A stretch of 64,000 nucleotides of DNA from Trichoplax adhaerens (taxonomy: Eukaryota; Animalia; Placozoa), in NCBI RefSeq assembly GCF_000150275.1, contig NW_002060945.1:8324011-8388010 (forward strand), written 5' to 3'. Below are positions 11,404 through 26,580 of this stretch, one piece after another. Every line of letters starts with the position of its first letter. The first letter of the stretch is position 1. Below the pieces are notes generated by a model that saw only the letters and a list, made by a program, of their open reading frames with translations, did no database searches and was not told where the DNA came from. The position numbers were made by a program, and so were the translations under genes.

Positions 11404-14400
11404 ATGAATAACACTCGAAATAAAAGAGCAAATAATGATGATGAATACGTAGATGAAGGTAATTGACTATCTATACGTCCAATCAGCCGATTATTGGCAT
11501 GTTTGACGGGTTTCAACTTGATTGCCAAACGGTTTACATTACAGTAATGGAGAAGTTGATTGATTCATTGCTATGGCATCGCAGTCATATTATAGGTAGT
11601 CGATTCTAATTTCCACTATTTTATGACGGAGAGCTTGTAGATGACTGTCTCTGATGTTATTCTAAAGTAGAGTTGCTCAAGAAATGAATTCCATACATGA
11701 GTATCACTTGCAAATGTATTAAGTAGAACGGCAGAATGCTTTGAAAGCCTTTGATGTTGTTTGTGAATGGAGATGGAAACCGACGGCAATGTCGATGCAT
11801 TCACTGTTAATAACATACTTAATAAAGTCAAGAATTTCTAGATTAGCAGTAAAAAGATGTATGATATTCTGTTCAATCTTATTAACAGCAAATTGATAAG
11901 GCGTGAACAGTAATGATCTTTATGAAATTAGTGTAAAATGCAAGACTGGATACATCATGTAGTGGCGCTTTTGAGCTATGTCTGGAATGGTACTCTTACT
12001 CTCATACAGAACCTAGGTCATCGGACGAGCCTGTATCATTTTAATGATCAACACAATATATGGTCATGAATTTTCATTCTAGTACAACAGCTTGTTCTGA
12101 TTTTATCATGATGAATGACCTGAGAAAAGACATGGATAGCAAGTTTTTTGTCCAGCTGATATACTATCATGTACAGTATTGGCAAGCCTAGATTGACTAC
12201 AGTATGCCTATCCTTTCATGCCGGATAGAAATATCCCATAAATTTATAACATTTTTGCAATGATAACTGACATTGACAAGTCTGTGAATCGTAGCAATCT
12301 GAAGAAATTACAAATCAAGTAGCATAAATGGTTGCTTAATATGATAACGTCAATTTTTCTATTGCTTTCATGATGATTAGAATGAATGATTGTAGCAATT
12401 TCTCACTATACTAAAATCGCTTACAGTTAAATATAGTATGATAGATATGCATTTATATTGTGATTATGAAATAGTAAAATCTTTATTGATTAATTAACAG
12501 TATCCGTGCCCAAAAGTGCCAGTACTTCTACTCCAACTGGTATCACCAAAACGGTTAGTAAATCAAATCTTCTTAATTACCAAATGATATTCTAGCTAAT
12601 AAACTTAGCGATTTATGACAGTTGTGGAAGTAGGCAGGATTATACACTAGAATTGCAAGCATGTTTATGTAGACAATCCAATAATTTTCGCCTGGCTTAC
12701 CTTTATCTGGCTGATATCGCTACATTCTCTTACTAATATTTGTTTGATGATAAGATAAAAAATGGCTTTCTTCAATTTACTGTAAAGTGAAAACTTTGCT
12801 AGCTACTACTCTGAATCCGTTGTAAAACTTGAACTGTTTCGCAGTGTTTCTAATAAATGAAATGCAATCTTAGTTTAAGATTTAGATCTATAACAAAATA
12901 TACGTAAATCTTACCGCTCAGTTCTCTGATAAGAGAAAAGTACTCAATTGACTTTTAGAACTTTCCTAAATGTGTAGTCTTTCGAGTTATTATTACATAT
13001 AAGGAATAGGAGCATTTATTTGAATAAAATAAGTACTGAATTAGCTAAAAACAAGAATTATGTGATAATAGCAATGTCAACAGACTGAAACTACTTTAAT
13101 CATGATAAGTAATGAATCGAGCATCAGCAGCCTCGTATATAATCTGTCAAAAGTAAATTCTTCTACTAGATGATTTTTAAAATTTACGAAGCACTTACAT
13201 CATTTAGGACGATTATGGTGCCAAAGATTACCGTGATGTTATGCAATTAAAGCCAGATCACAGGACAAGACCATTATGGGTGGTATGGATTTAGAATAAT
13301 ATCTTGCACTACTCTAGTTTGTTTCTGCAACTTGGTCTACATACACAATCAAAATTACTATACTTACTCATATAGGTATCTCTCCTCTTAGATCTACGTT
13401 AACAATACCCTTGTTTTATCAATGTAGGCTCCTGATGGCCATATCTTCTTAGAAGCTTTTTCACCAGTGTATAAGCACGCACATGATTTCTTAATTGCTA
13501 TTTCAGAAGTAATTAATTCATGATTTATGATATTCATTAAATGCCTTATAATGTATGATTGGAATTGATACATCACGTTACAACTGAATACTTTTTGAAC
13601 CAGCAAAGTACTAAATTACCTTATTAATTATTTTAACTTGTAGCCAATATGTAGACCTGAACATGTTCATGAATACAAGTAAGTCTATGTGTCGCATCAA
13701 AATAGCACGATTTATAATTTTTATTTATTATTAGTATTTAGTAATATCTTCTTATACTTTGCATAGGTATTAGTTTATATGCATAACTCAATGTATGTTA
13801 GAATGTATACTGATCACTCATCTACTGTAGCAGTTATACAGTAACTCACATAAATTGCTATAAATTAATATTTGGATATAAACGATTTCGTCGAGTAATT
13901 TTGCAATGCCCGATTTTTAACTTAAATCTTCTTGTTGATAAAATAATTTCTTTATGATATAGGCTAACTCCATATTCATTATATGCTGCGGTATCAGTTG
14001 GTCTTCAGGTCAGCAATAAAATAGTTTCAGATTCCATTAACGGTTTTGTAGACTTAACTTTAATTAATCAAACATTATAACTATTACATGCAAAACCTGT
14101 CCATTGATCACAATCTATACTAATGCACAGACGGAAGATATAATCGAATATTTAAGGCGTCTTAGCAAGGCTTCTATACCTGATGGTGTCATTGAATTTA
14201 TCAAGGTTCGAGTAGATTTAAACAAAATTGAATTCATCCGCACTTAAAAAACTTATTTTTCGATTTGCAGCTATGTACTGTTAGCTATGGAAAAGTGAAA
14301 ATGGTTCTAAAGCACAATCGCTATTACGTTGAAAGTTCTCATCCGGTTAGTACTTTATTAAAATATTTCAAAATTATGGATGGTATGCGAGTTTAAACAT

Positions 14401-17400
14401 GTATCGTTAATAATAGAGACAATGATTTAACTGCTTTAGGAGATTATTCAGATGTTGCTAAAGGATCCTGTTGTACAGGCGGCAAGGTACGCTCATAATA
14501 CGATAAACCAATAGCAAATGTAAGAATGACACCAAGTTACCCCTACAATGTCTTTTCCACTTTTCCTGATTAGAGTCAAAGAAGGCCAAATAAATGATCC
14601 AAGCGAATCAGATGAAACATTAGACCCTAAGGTAGCTCTCTATTGATGTATGAAAATTGTCTATATACAACCTTAATTTAAAAGTGTATCCTAACTATCG
14701 TATTTATTTAGGCAGTAAATAATGGTTCTAAAGTACACTCCAGGTAAAACCACGTTATTAATGATTGCCATTGAATAAATGATGCGTCACTAAACTTTTA
14801 TAACGCTTTCAGAAATGGGATCACAAGTAATTCATCCAAAGATGAAAATAAAAACGCTGAGGTATGTACATAGCTAGATATATAGCTAACATAGCAGTCG
14901 TGATTACATGCTGTATTATACCCGTTTAGGAAGAAAATATACCCAGCGACATATACGATTACCTGGATAAAATTGACCGGGATGAAGAAGACATTGAAAT
15001 CGTAAGCTGCCAATCATAATGACAGTCCGGTTTACATTTGCGACAATACCATAGTCTTGAAATATCCTTGATGCCCTTCATATTTTTGTTAGACTAAAAC
15101 GATATCATTTGAAATCAATTCGGACGATGTCGAACTTGTACAAAGAAGGTGGATCAAATTTTAATCGTTTTACAATGTTATTATAGCTGATACTCTATAT
15201 TACGACTTTACCAGATGCATCGAAATGGAATACCCTTTATTAGCAGAATATGATTTCAGAAATGACACTGTCAATCCAGATATTAGGTAAAGCAAGCTGT
15301 GCATTCTTACATCCTTAGACTTTCAAGTTACTAACACACCGCCATTTAATTATTATCTATGATGTTCTAGCATTGACTTACGGCCAACAACGATATTGCG
15401 ACCTTATCAAGTAAGATAGTTATTTACAGGTGTTGTAAACCGAACAAGCAAGGTATAATATTTATGTTGGTTATTTAGGAAAAGTCTTTACGTAAAATGT
15501 TTGGCAATGGTAGAGCACGTTCCGGCGTTATTGTTTTGCCATGCGGTAAGTTAAGGAAATCTATTGCTACAAGAACTCAATATTGCGCTAAATTTTATCT
15601 ATTTTTTTCCGTCTTAAAGGTGCTGGTAAAACGCTTGTAGGTGTTACAGCAGCCTGTACTGTGAAAAAGAGATGTTTAGTGTTATGTACCTCAGGTACGT
15701 AACATTATTAATCATTTACTTATAGTATGTAAGTTATACTATTTTTCGTGTTTAGGTGTTGCAGTAGAGCAGTGGAAGGCACAGGTAAAGCCGTATAGAA
15801 TTATGCTAATTTCTTAAATTATTTCACTTTTATACTCAACTATAATATATTTCTTCATGTATTTATATTAGTTCAAGCTGTGGTCCACCATTGATGAATC
15901 CTTAATATCAAGATTTACTTCGGATGCAAAAGATAAGCCGTCTGGTAATAAGTGGTAGTAATTAGTTCTGCAGCTAAATTTTGATATTTGTGTAGCTGGT
16001 TAAGTTTAAGTCTTTTAAATTGATTTTTATCACATTTAGGATGTAGTGTAGCAATCAGTACTTATTCTATGGTTGCACATACAACGAAAAGGTCATGGGA
16101 ATCGGAAAGGGTAATTTCTTTCTATAATACTGTATGTATATTTATGATATAGCTGACTACACAGCAGAAGTAATGTCTTTAATCATCTCTATTGGTATAG
16201 GTAATGGAATATTTGCAAGGGCAAGAATGGGGTCTTATGATACTGGATGGTATAATACTATACGCACTATTTTACAAGATATGATTTAGATCATAATTTT
16301 TAATTGCAATTCACTATTTTAGAGGTGCATACCATTCCTGCAAAACAATTTCGGAGGGTTTTAACAGGTGAATAATAGCAGTATTACCCTGTTATCATTA
16401 AATTTGATCTTTAATTTATATTATCAACCTGTCTGCCATAATTAGTGGTCCATGCACATTGTAAATTGGGCTTGACGGCAACTTTAGTTAGAGAAGATGA
16501 TAAAATTCAGGTTTGTTATAATAACAACATTAACCATTATCTGATTACGTGGGCGAAGGTCATTTTGCATTGGAAATTAATCTAATTTTTACTGAAAATT
16601 AAATATGTAGGATCTTAATTTTTTAATTGGTCCTAAATTATACGAAGCTAACTGGATGGAATTGCAATCATTAAACTTTATAGCAAGAGTACAGTGTGCT
16701 GAGGCATGTGTCCATTCGTAGGCTTAGATTTATCAACGTATAGTGACTGCATTTTCACCACAGTTAATTTTCGTTTTCAATTACAATAAAGGTTTGGTGT
16801 CCTATGTCTCCGGAATTTTACAGAGAATACTTAACGACTAAAACCCGTAAACACATGGTAAAGTAAAAATTTAGCATAAACGTTAATAATTTATTATTTA
16901 CTTACTGATGACATCAACATGTACGTATTTTTGTTATTCATCTCCAATTTAATTTTACATTTGCTGTATTTAGCTATTTTATGTTATGAATCCTAACAAG
17001 TTCCGAGCCTGCCAGGTAAACTTCATATCTAATAAAAACATGTATATGTGCTCTTTTACTAACAACAAATCATCTTGTAAATTACTACAGTTCTTGATCA
17101 AATACCATGAAAGGTAGGTTAAGGCTTAATATAAATTAATTAACAATGCAAAAAATTGGCGAAAAGTAAAATAATTAATGTTGTTTATTGGTAGACGCAA
17201 CGATAAAGTAATTGTTTTTTCTGACAATGTCTTTGGCCTAAAACATTATGCTATAGAACTTGGAAAGTAAGTACTGCACGATCAAATGTGTCATAACTAT
17301 ATAATTGTTCTTTGACCTGTTACAAAATTTCGATTAGAAGTTAATAGATATTGCTATTATAGGCCATACATCTATGGTCCAACGGCACAAAAAGAAAGAT

Positions 17401-18581
17401 TACAGATTTTACAGAATTTCCAGCATAATCCTCTTGTTAATTGCATATTTATATCGAAGGTCAGTATATCATTGTGCTAACCAATAAATTGAAGTGTCTC
17501 ATACATCGATCTACTTAGGTTGGAGATAATTCCTTCGATCTTCCGGAAGCTAATGTATTAATCCAGGTAAGTCAGGTACAGTTATCGATCACCTTTTAGT
17601 CCTGTTCTAACTTAAAAATACCATTGCATCTAGATTTCTTCTCATGGTGGCTCAAGGAGACAAGTAAAATAAAATTTACAAAGATAAAATGGCGTTCTAA
17701 AGTTGACGATTATAAAAGATAATGCCACATGTGTTGTCTTATTTTTATCTTTTACGTTTTTGAATATTCTAGGAAGCTCAGCGTCTTGGGCGTATTCTTA
17801 GAGCAAAAAAGGATTCTGCAACAGAGGAATACAATGCATATTTTTACTCCCTTGTTTCTCAGGTAATTCGTATAACAAAACTATTGATGAAATAATTATA
17901 AGGTATTAACGATCAAATAACATATCAACATTAATTCCATAGGATACACAGGAAATGTACTTTTCTTCGAAACGGCAACGGTTCCTCATTAATCAGGGAT
18001 ACAGCTTTAAAGTATTTCACTACGAGAAATTCGCTCTATATTTATGTAATTATCTTGCAATTAATAAATTGATGTCTTAAATATATTTTATCAATTTAAT
18101 TTAACATTAGGTAATCACTAAACTGTCAGGAATGGACGATGTAAGTGACTATCAGGCATTTAAAAAGTTATTTATGTACTAGAGCTGATTAGTGCAAAGA
18201 ATTGAGTATAGAGTATGATCGATTTAGGAAAATCTGCTATATACTGAAAAAAAAGATCAACATCAGTTGTTACAAAAAGTTCTAGCAGCTAATGAAACCG
18301 ATGCGGAAGAAGAAAAAGTAGCTGGTGACACTTATAGCACAAGTAGCAAATCACAGGTAATTTATTAAGAGATGACTTAAGAGAATTTTATACACCCGTT
18401 CATGCGAGTAAATTATCAATCTGTGATAATGTTTGATCCAGGACTTAATAATGTCATGTTACTCTAGGTTGTCAGGCGCACTACTTCAATGGCGTCGCTG
18501 TCTGGAGCAGATGATTTAGTATATCTAGAATATAATAAGCCGAAACAAAGGCATCCTTTATTTAAGAAATTTAGAAAATGA
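11404..18581 (+). CDS. ERCC3: TFIIH XPB DNA helicase/translocase, ~37 coding exons
   Basis: Spliced translation gives [89 protein letters not shown] (Walker A), [50 protein letters not shown] and C-terminal [10 protein letters not shown]. Exon 1 11404-11458 is phase-compatible with exon 2 at 12501. Confidence 0.97.
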
Positions 18582-20374
18582 AGAAGTTCTAGGTCTCCTC
18601 TATTTAATAATTTCCGCGACGTCTATCGAATTGCGTTACTTGTACTAAATACCATTGTTAATCCAAAAGTATTTGTAAACTATCTGTAATTTATACTTGT
18701 AAAGCGCATCAGTCATACGCTTTGCGTATCGAAGGGAAATTTCGTTCAGAATTGATCCTACTGTGATACTTAATAATTTGGTTCATACGGTATTGAAAGG
18801 TTATGCTTGCAACACCAATACATTATCGTTCCTTTAACTGCTAATGTAAATGAATGCATTACTCGATAACACGATATACACGTCTTGCTGAATTTGCTGG
18901 CTCTAATCTCTTATGTACCGCTGTTCGCACTGAATCACTTTAACTGAATTATTAATTATAAATAGTACTATATAATGTATAAAAACGGTCCTGATTACCG
19001 AATTGACCATGTACGATATATAATTATAACTGCTGGAAATATAGAATCGAATAGTAAAGATGATTCCTTTCTAAAATAAAAACGTATCATGCATCCGACA
19101 GATCGGACTAAGGAAGAGATTTAATTTCTGCGCTCTACTTTGCCCTCATGGTTGCTTAACAGAAGTCGCAATGAATTCATACGTATACTAATGAAAATGC
19201 CAATCGATACGCTATGTGTGCATTAACAAGAAATTTATAGTTGCATTTGTTATGATTTGTTACGAAATGCTTTTTATGTTTACCAACAACATTGGAGTTT
19301 AGCTGCCGAATTTGAAAACTACAGTTTTAAATCTTCAACAAATATCACCGTTCATTTTTAATACATATAAGTATCCCTCAGAAGACGAAATAAATTAGCT
19401 CGTGCTTAGTAGCAATAAATTCATGGATAAATGCACGTACGGTTTATGCCTGTAGATTTACTTACTATCGAAAATGTTATAAATATAATAATAAATGGTA
19501 GTATTATTCTAGTCTGTAGTCATGAAAGAAAAAATCTTTTTATTTATTTCGCATATAATCTCTTCATAAATTCATCACGAGTCGCTAACTCGTATATGCT
19601 CTTTATAAATATTTCTGTTGTACCATGGTTGTCGCTGGTGAATTAAACCAATCTCACTGAAAAAATTTTAAGAGTAAAACAGGGTTACTTTAATCAAATC
19701 ATTCTTCATTCTAATGATTTTACTACATGGCACTAAGTTATGTGAAGAGAGTCTATCGTATTTGATCGAATACATTAACACAAGGACTTTGTTAAGTACT
19801 TAGCAATGATCAGATGGATGATAGGAGAATGATTTAGGCAAATGTTGACAATGTCACTGTTGGTACATAACTAATAAATTAGAGCCTAAACACATATACT
19901 TTCCATAGGGTTTTAGGTAATAAAAAAATGTAAAATGCACTATCAACACTACTGTGTTCAGCCATTAAATTGATCAAATTAAATCAATACAACATTAAGA
20001 TGTTATTGGTGGATAATGTTGACTTTGTAGTCTGTACGGTGTATATAGATTACGGTCGCTCTTTTTCTACCTGTGCTAGGCGAAATGCCATTTCACTCCT
20101 TATTCACAACATTATTATTATGTAATCGCTGTATTGCATGGTGCAAAAAATAATGAAGAAACTTTTAAATTATTTGGAGATCCATTCTTAATTTAAGTGA
20201 CTAACCAATTTATGAGTGTCATGGATAATTTCAAATTTATTATAAATAAGCAACATGGGATATTGTAAGCTGTTTATCTAAACTAAGGCCCTTCAGAGAT
20301 AGATCATATTTAGAAGGGAATTTTTAAGTTACCTTTTGGTTAGATTTCGCAAAATTTGCTTTAATCGTCTTTCA

Positions 20375-23300
20375 TTAGTCCATATCATCCCAATCAGACC
20401 CATCAGAACTTTCACTATCTGATCCTCCAATTTAGAATGGAAACAAAATGAAAATTCAGTGTGATTGTGCTCTCCTTATTTTATAAATAACGGATCAACT
20501 ATAAGGCTCTAATAACCGCTAAAGGGCCATTACAGTCTTACTTTGAACTCGAGGATTCATCCTAGCTAATTCTTTATCCAACGCAGTTATAATACTCGAC
20601 TCTTCAGCTAATGGAGGTGCTTTTTTTTTCATTTCTTCCGTCTAAAAATTATTACAAGGTTGAGAAGTAATGAAATCGGATGATTACTCGTAATTTAGGG
20701 TGTAATTACATTATGAACTTTTCTCAGCTCTATTCCTCGATGTATTTGATCAAAAAGTGATTCGCGAGGTTCAGAAACAGGCGGTACTGGCAGTGGTGGA
20801 GGAGAAGGAAGTGGTGGAGAAGGAGATCGCGAGGAGGAATAAGGTGGTAACGAAGCAGGAATAGGAATTGGTATAGGACCTGGAAGTGATGGAAGACATG
20901 GCGGTGGTGGGGGACATGGAGCTGGCGAGCCATGGACTGGTGGAAGACTTGGACGAGATAGCGATGGACCTGGAGGAGGAGGAGGAGGTGGTGGTGGTGG
21001 TGGTGGTGGTGGAGGAGGAGTGGTGCAGCAGTTTTGCCAGAATTAATCGGAGATTTTTGTTCTTTATTCACAGGTACCGGAGGAGGAGGAGGTGCTGGAC
21101 GTGGTGGTACACTATGCGATGATGTTTTCTTTTCCGGAGAACTATCATTCTTTCCTATAACACAACATTAGTACATTCCATATCGTTACACTACCCCAAA
21201 GCTGCAATATTTTCGACATGGAAGAAATTTAAAATCAAGCCAGTAATGACTGTAATCGTCTATGAATTACTAACGCTGTCTACGTAAGGTGATCTCTTTG
21301 TTGGCTTTTTCGATACCACCACGCTGTTCAACAACTTTATGCACCATTTGCATTATATTTTCATCATGGAGATCTGCTGTTGTTAAGCCAATGCTTGAAT
21401 ATAAATCTTTCCATTCCTCAGAAACCTCTTCGACCTTTTAATGAGAACAAAAGCATAATTCATTGCAACCACTGACAAGTTTGTGATACAAGTATGATTG
21501 ATAGTTATCTTGAGCTGTAATTAGCATTCACGACGGGCTACTTACTGGCAATATTATATATCAATAGACTTGGAACAAAATTCTACTTTATATTATCTTA
21601 TGATAGTTAAATGAAATTTCTGTCTACAATAGTCCAATTATTAAATTGTCAATTCTAGCAACAAGTATGGTAAAGCTTTTATACTCAAATGCTAAAGCTC
21701 TTCCTGGTTAGTACAATCATGAGAAAAAAATGAAAGATTAACTTTGAGCGCGGTCGTCATGGATTACTTACGAGAGATTTAGAATTCTCATCCCATCCAA
21801 CATGCTTTAAATGCCTAGTTGATCATATCATATTACTGTTAGTGATAATAATTATAGCAAATAGAATAATGATCAAATAATTTTTTAGCTTATGTATTAT
21901 GACGCACGAAACAGTATAATCTACTGTCTAAATTTTCAGTCTAAGTCTTAACAACGCTGGATGTTACCCTAATGCAAATTTACCTAAACTCTGTCGGTTG
22001 GGAAATATCCAATTTTGTCAATTTCTTTCCGCCTTTATCTCTGGGCCTTCGCTTGTTATGACTTAGATTAAGGCTTTTCACCTGAGCAGAATCTTTTCTA
22101 ACATAAGTATCCAATGGTTTATTGGATATCGGTTGTTGATGTTTGTTCTTTTGCTTACTTCTAGAGACAGCTTAATATTGCCAAGGGTGTTAATAAAACA
22201 AAATAGACTCATTTTATTATTCACATCGATTGGGGTATCATTGCAATAGCGCATTAAAAATTGTAATGAAGTTGCTAAATGGGAACATAATTCTTGACAT
22301 CGGCCATGATTGAGTTTTAATATCACAAGAATTACTCCAAGAAGACTATCAAATGAGCCAAAAATTCTTTAGAAAATAAGAAATTATGAATATCATTGAA
22401 TTACTTGCGTTTTTCTCTTTTTTTAATTTCAATTTATTGGTTAAAGTAAGGTAGAACGATGCAGCTTCATCGGTGTCAGCAAAATTAAATCCGGCTGTGC
22501 AATCCTAATAAATAGCCATGATTCACAATTGTAGTTAGCACATTTTTCAACATAACCTTATCATCTGTTGCCTGCCCGGTAGTTTGCAACAGTAAAAAAG
22601 TGCTAGAAACTGGCTTTAATCAATTGAAATATTATTCCTATCATACTTTAGTGTAATCAACTTACATGAGCTTGAAAGGTATGAAAGTATTCCGTCGATT
22701 TCTTATATTGGAAATTAAGATAGATTTCTTGCTCCCAAAGTAAGGTCTTTCCCTAAATAAGAAGACGTTCATGGATAATTATATTATTGATCGAGTATGA
22801 TCATTCCCGGAAGACTAGGCAAAACGAAGGTAAAAATTGTAATTTAGCTATAGGAAAAGAATGGGCTAGAATAAGACACGGTAGGTAAGATGAGATAGCT
22901 AGAAAGCTTCAAGGAGAAAGAGGGAACCTTGACCCACGCGAATAGTTTCGTATAAAACTACCAGTGGCAGTTTAATCCTCAGAATCAAACTGTAGTACCC
23001 CAATGTTTCCAGCCGTTAGCATGACACATTTAATCCTATAACTTATTCGCCTCGATTTACGGTTTCCTCTATCTTAAGGGTAATATTGGCGGCTTACATC
23101 TATTGCTAAGCTGATTATCGCCATGTTCATGTTTTTAAAGGATCATCATTAGACTACTTTAATCTTGACCACTATCCATGATGAATAATAAAATATTAAC
23201 AACGGAGAAGCTCGTAATAAAGCTTAGGCAATTTTTGATGTTGTACATTTTTGAAGGTATTATCATTAGTCCACTTCTATATTGACTATCGTCCATGAAG

Positions 23301-24586
23301 AAAATTAAGATATCAATGTAGATGCTTGTAGTAAAGCTTAAGGTAGTGTCTGATCATTTATGAAGGTAATATCATTAGTCTACTTCAGTAATGACTATCG
23401 TCCATGAAGAAAAATAAAATAACAATGGAGAAGCTTAGTAAGCTTGTAATATGGTTTAAGGAAATGTTTATGTTAGATCCACTCCCTCTAACTTGTAGTA
23501 GTATTCCTTAGACAGAATGAAAAATTGACCAATAAAGAGCAACTACTTTAATTCTAAATGCAGGAAAGAAATTAAAAATAGATCCATTGGATAGAACTAC
23601 AAGAGAGTACGTTAAAACATGGAGCATCTATATTGACTTGTTTTCCTTGTTGATTAACTTACTACAGGGCTAAATACACGAAGGAGATAGCATTTGACAG
23701 CGTTATCTTTGCATCTAGGCCGTATATTGACTTATTTTCCATATTGATTATTAACTTACTATAGGAATGAATACACGAAGAAAGTAGAATTTGATAGCTT
23801 AATCTTTGTATCTATATTGACTTATTTTCCATATTAATAAACTTACCACAGGGCTGTAGACACGAAGAAAGTAGGATTTGACAGCGTAATCTTTCACTAA
23901 GCAAAGTACGCCAGTACATTTTTTAGTCCACGATGATGGATTCGGTTGAGCAAGCTGAACTTGTACAACAGTGGTTGCTAAAGTCTACCTCAGGAAGCAA
24001 TATAAAATAATTGAAAATTATTTAATCCAGCTGCTATCAAGTTAAATCATTAATCTTCATCAACAATAATAATAGACCCATAAACCACTTTTAAAGAGAA
24101 TAGCAATGCAATAATATTGCTAAGCAATATAGCGTTAATAATCCTTTGGAAAGGAATTTTTCATACTATTCTAAAATCAAATAATCAACAGGCATAGAAA
24201 GCAATGCTTAAAAAATCTTGATCAAAACGCTATTTCAGTTTTAATACTTTAAGTGATGGCCATGATGAGATAAAAGACGAAAGGTTACTATATTACTAAT
24301 CTTATTACTTTTTGGTGTATCTAACTAAGTTTAGTTGATCAAAATCGAACCAGAACTTATTCAGTTCTCAAAATGACTACCGGCACAGGCTATTACGTTA
24401 GTCGGCTAGGAGAAAAGTAGACGCTTTTCGTTTTACCGGTACTTCGGCAACACTAACGATAGCTTTAACATAAATCAACTAGCGCCTTACCGTACACTTT
24501 TGGCTTGCTAATATGTCGAATATGACTCTGTTTTCTTCTTCAGTGAGAATTTTAGACGGTATATTTCTGTTTGTTGCCGGAGGCAT
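20375..24586 (-). CDS. WASP/N-WASP family Arp2/3 activator, paralog A (WH1-CRIB/GBD-polyPro-single WH2-CA)
   Basis: MPPATNRNIPSKILTEEENRVIF..; WH1 (WTKKCTGVLCLVKD..SYFLRVY, LLWEQEIY..FHTF, AGFNFADTDEA); CRIB ISQPTEFRHLKHVGWD; poly-Pro exon ~20720-21154; WH2 RESLFDQIHRGIELRK; C region IITALDKELARM; acidic tail DSESSDGSDWDDMD*. Confidence 0.93.
23135..23460. repeat. Intronic degenerate tandem repeat, 3 x ~110 bp
   Basis: Recurring atcattagtctactt..tgactatcgtccatgaagaaaa..gaagcttgta..aagctta. Confidence 0.8.
23625..23895 (-). repeat. Triplicated ~87-97 bp unit comprising the 3' end of WASP-A WH1 exon 2 plus its splice donor
   Basis: The copies translate KDYAVKSYFLRVYSPV|gtaagt (real exon), KD*AIKFYFLRVFIPI|gtaagt and KDNAVKCYLLRVFSPV|gtaagt. 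Confidence 0.85.
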
Positions 24587-26580
24587 TATTACACGTTTTG
24601 TGCTGGAAAACTTTTGATTAGAGCTTAAGATGTTATAGTATCCTCTACTTTTAGGCTTATAATTTGTTGGCGCAGTATTCCCGGAAAATAGCAGACAAAG
24701 TAAAGTCTTGATGTAAGGTTATATGATGACTATAATACGAATCATATAGTAGAGCATAGCATGGAACTCTTCACTGAGCTCATTATCAATTGCCTTTACG
24801 TCAAAAAAAAACAAATTTCAAATGCTTATTTCCAAGCTAAGCATGGTTAGATGACTCTTGGGCACACGGATTTTTAATATCTAATGTTTATTTGTCTTAT
24901 CGTTTCTAACCAATAGCCAAGTATTAATTTTATTGTACAATTAATCAATTTTTAAGCATATTTCTAGGCATGACGCCTATTGCTACAATTAAATTGCTAC
25001 TTAGAATATTAAGTCTTGTAGTCCATTCGATATCGTTATCCCGCCATGAATGGCAGTTATCAATATCTAATTTCCACATATAGATTCTAGAGAGAAAGAA
25101 TAGCCAAAGTTATTTTTTAAGTTTTCATGCAGGCTTAATTGGTTGTATTTACAATATTAAATTGAAATTAAACGATCAAATTGAATATTCTTGATAGGTG
25201 TTTTGATATATTGCAATATCTGTTATTATTTCCCAACATGGATGTATTAATTGTTATTTTAAACTGAACACATTCCATTTGTATTGAAGTCCTGGTAAAA
25301 ATTTTCTTTCAAACAATTTCTTACGAGATTTATTTAGCTAATCACACGATTCATTCTTGAATTTTGCCTTTATCTTTACTATAAGCTATAATAAAATTAA
25401 AGCTATACCGCTATTGTATATAATATAGTAGTAATGACACTATGTTTTCTCATCAGATGCTGACGTCTTTATAGGATAAATCAGTAGATAAATTGTTTAT
25501 ACCCGAAACATTGTCTTGAAGCTAAGCAAATATTACGATTTAGGAACTAAATCGATATAACTTGCGAATTCTATCACCTTCGTTGAAGTCTCAAATGCAA
25601 TTAAGCTAACGCTATATTAGTGCATACGAGTATACTGTACATGTGCAAAGGCAAAATATCTTTTAAATATAGCGTGAAACAAGATCTTCAATATCCATAA
25701 TTGTCAAAATATATCTAAATTAATATTTTCATTGATAGTCTATTTCCTCGTCGTATATCCGATGGGTCAGTAACTACTACGGTATCATTGTTGAATTTCG
25801 TAAATGCTTTAATTTAGAAGTTTATTTCTCATGTATACTATACATAGCAAATAGTGCCGATTGAAGTAAACTATTGGGATTTATGATGTACCAGAATGTA
25901 CACCTTTAGATCTATGCCCTTCGATATCGAACATAAAGCGATCTAATCTTGGATATAATCTAGTGCCATTTAAACAGATTCATAATTGCATCCAAATTTA
26001 TGCTAGATATCCTTGCAGCTTACAAAAATCTTATACTGCATGAACTTCGAACTTATGACAAGAAAATATTCGGTAACCGGACTGGATTGATAAAAGATAT
26101 GGCTGGAAAAAGTTGATTTATCTCGTATAACTTTACCCTACTTTACCTTAATATAACCAGTAAGTGTATATTTTAGGTAACGCTAAGCCCTGAAATTTAT
26201 CACAATTGGTAATGTTAACTGCAAGATAAATCAAGTATTACTATGAGTACTTTATAAATCAACGAAAATTTATATTTGGATAAAACTGTCGTATCTTTTC
26301 TTCTTGTATTAGCGTCTTAATAAAATTGATAACTGGTAGTTTATTTCAAATATGAAACCTTACAAAACCTATGACTAACAGTCACTAAATTTAAGTAATA
26401 CAAGTGAGTTGATAGACATATAGAGGTAGATTATACGTAAATTATCCTGCGTAGTAGATATTACTATATCAGAGCAAGATTAGTAAATCATTAACAATCT
26501 GAAATTGCTATAATTAAGAGTAACAGAACAAATTCACTATTCCGTAAATTGAACATTCGTATTGCTATTTCTAAAATAGT

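Noticed and set aside
12104-12163. C/D-box snoRNA-like pattern in XPB intron 1 (ATGATGA..CTGA with short terminal stem)
   Set aside because: Core is only ~52 nt, no rRNA/snRNA-complementary guide recognised, and such boxes are common by chance in AT-rich DNA
20730-21122. His/Leu-rich and Glu/Val-rich ORFs (20730-21071 -, 20886-21122 +)
   Set aside because: Alternative-frame and antisense shadows of the WASP-A poly-proline exon
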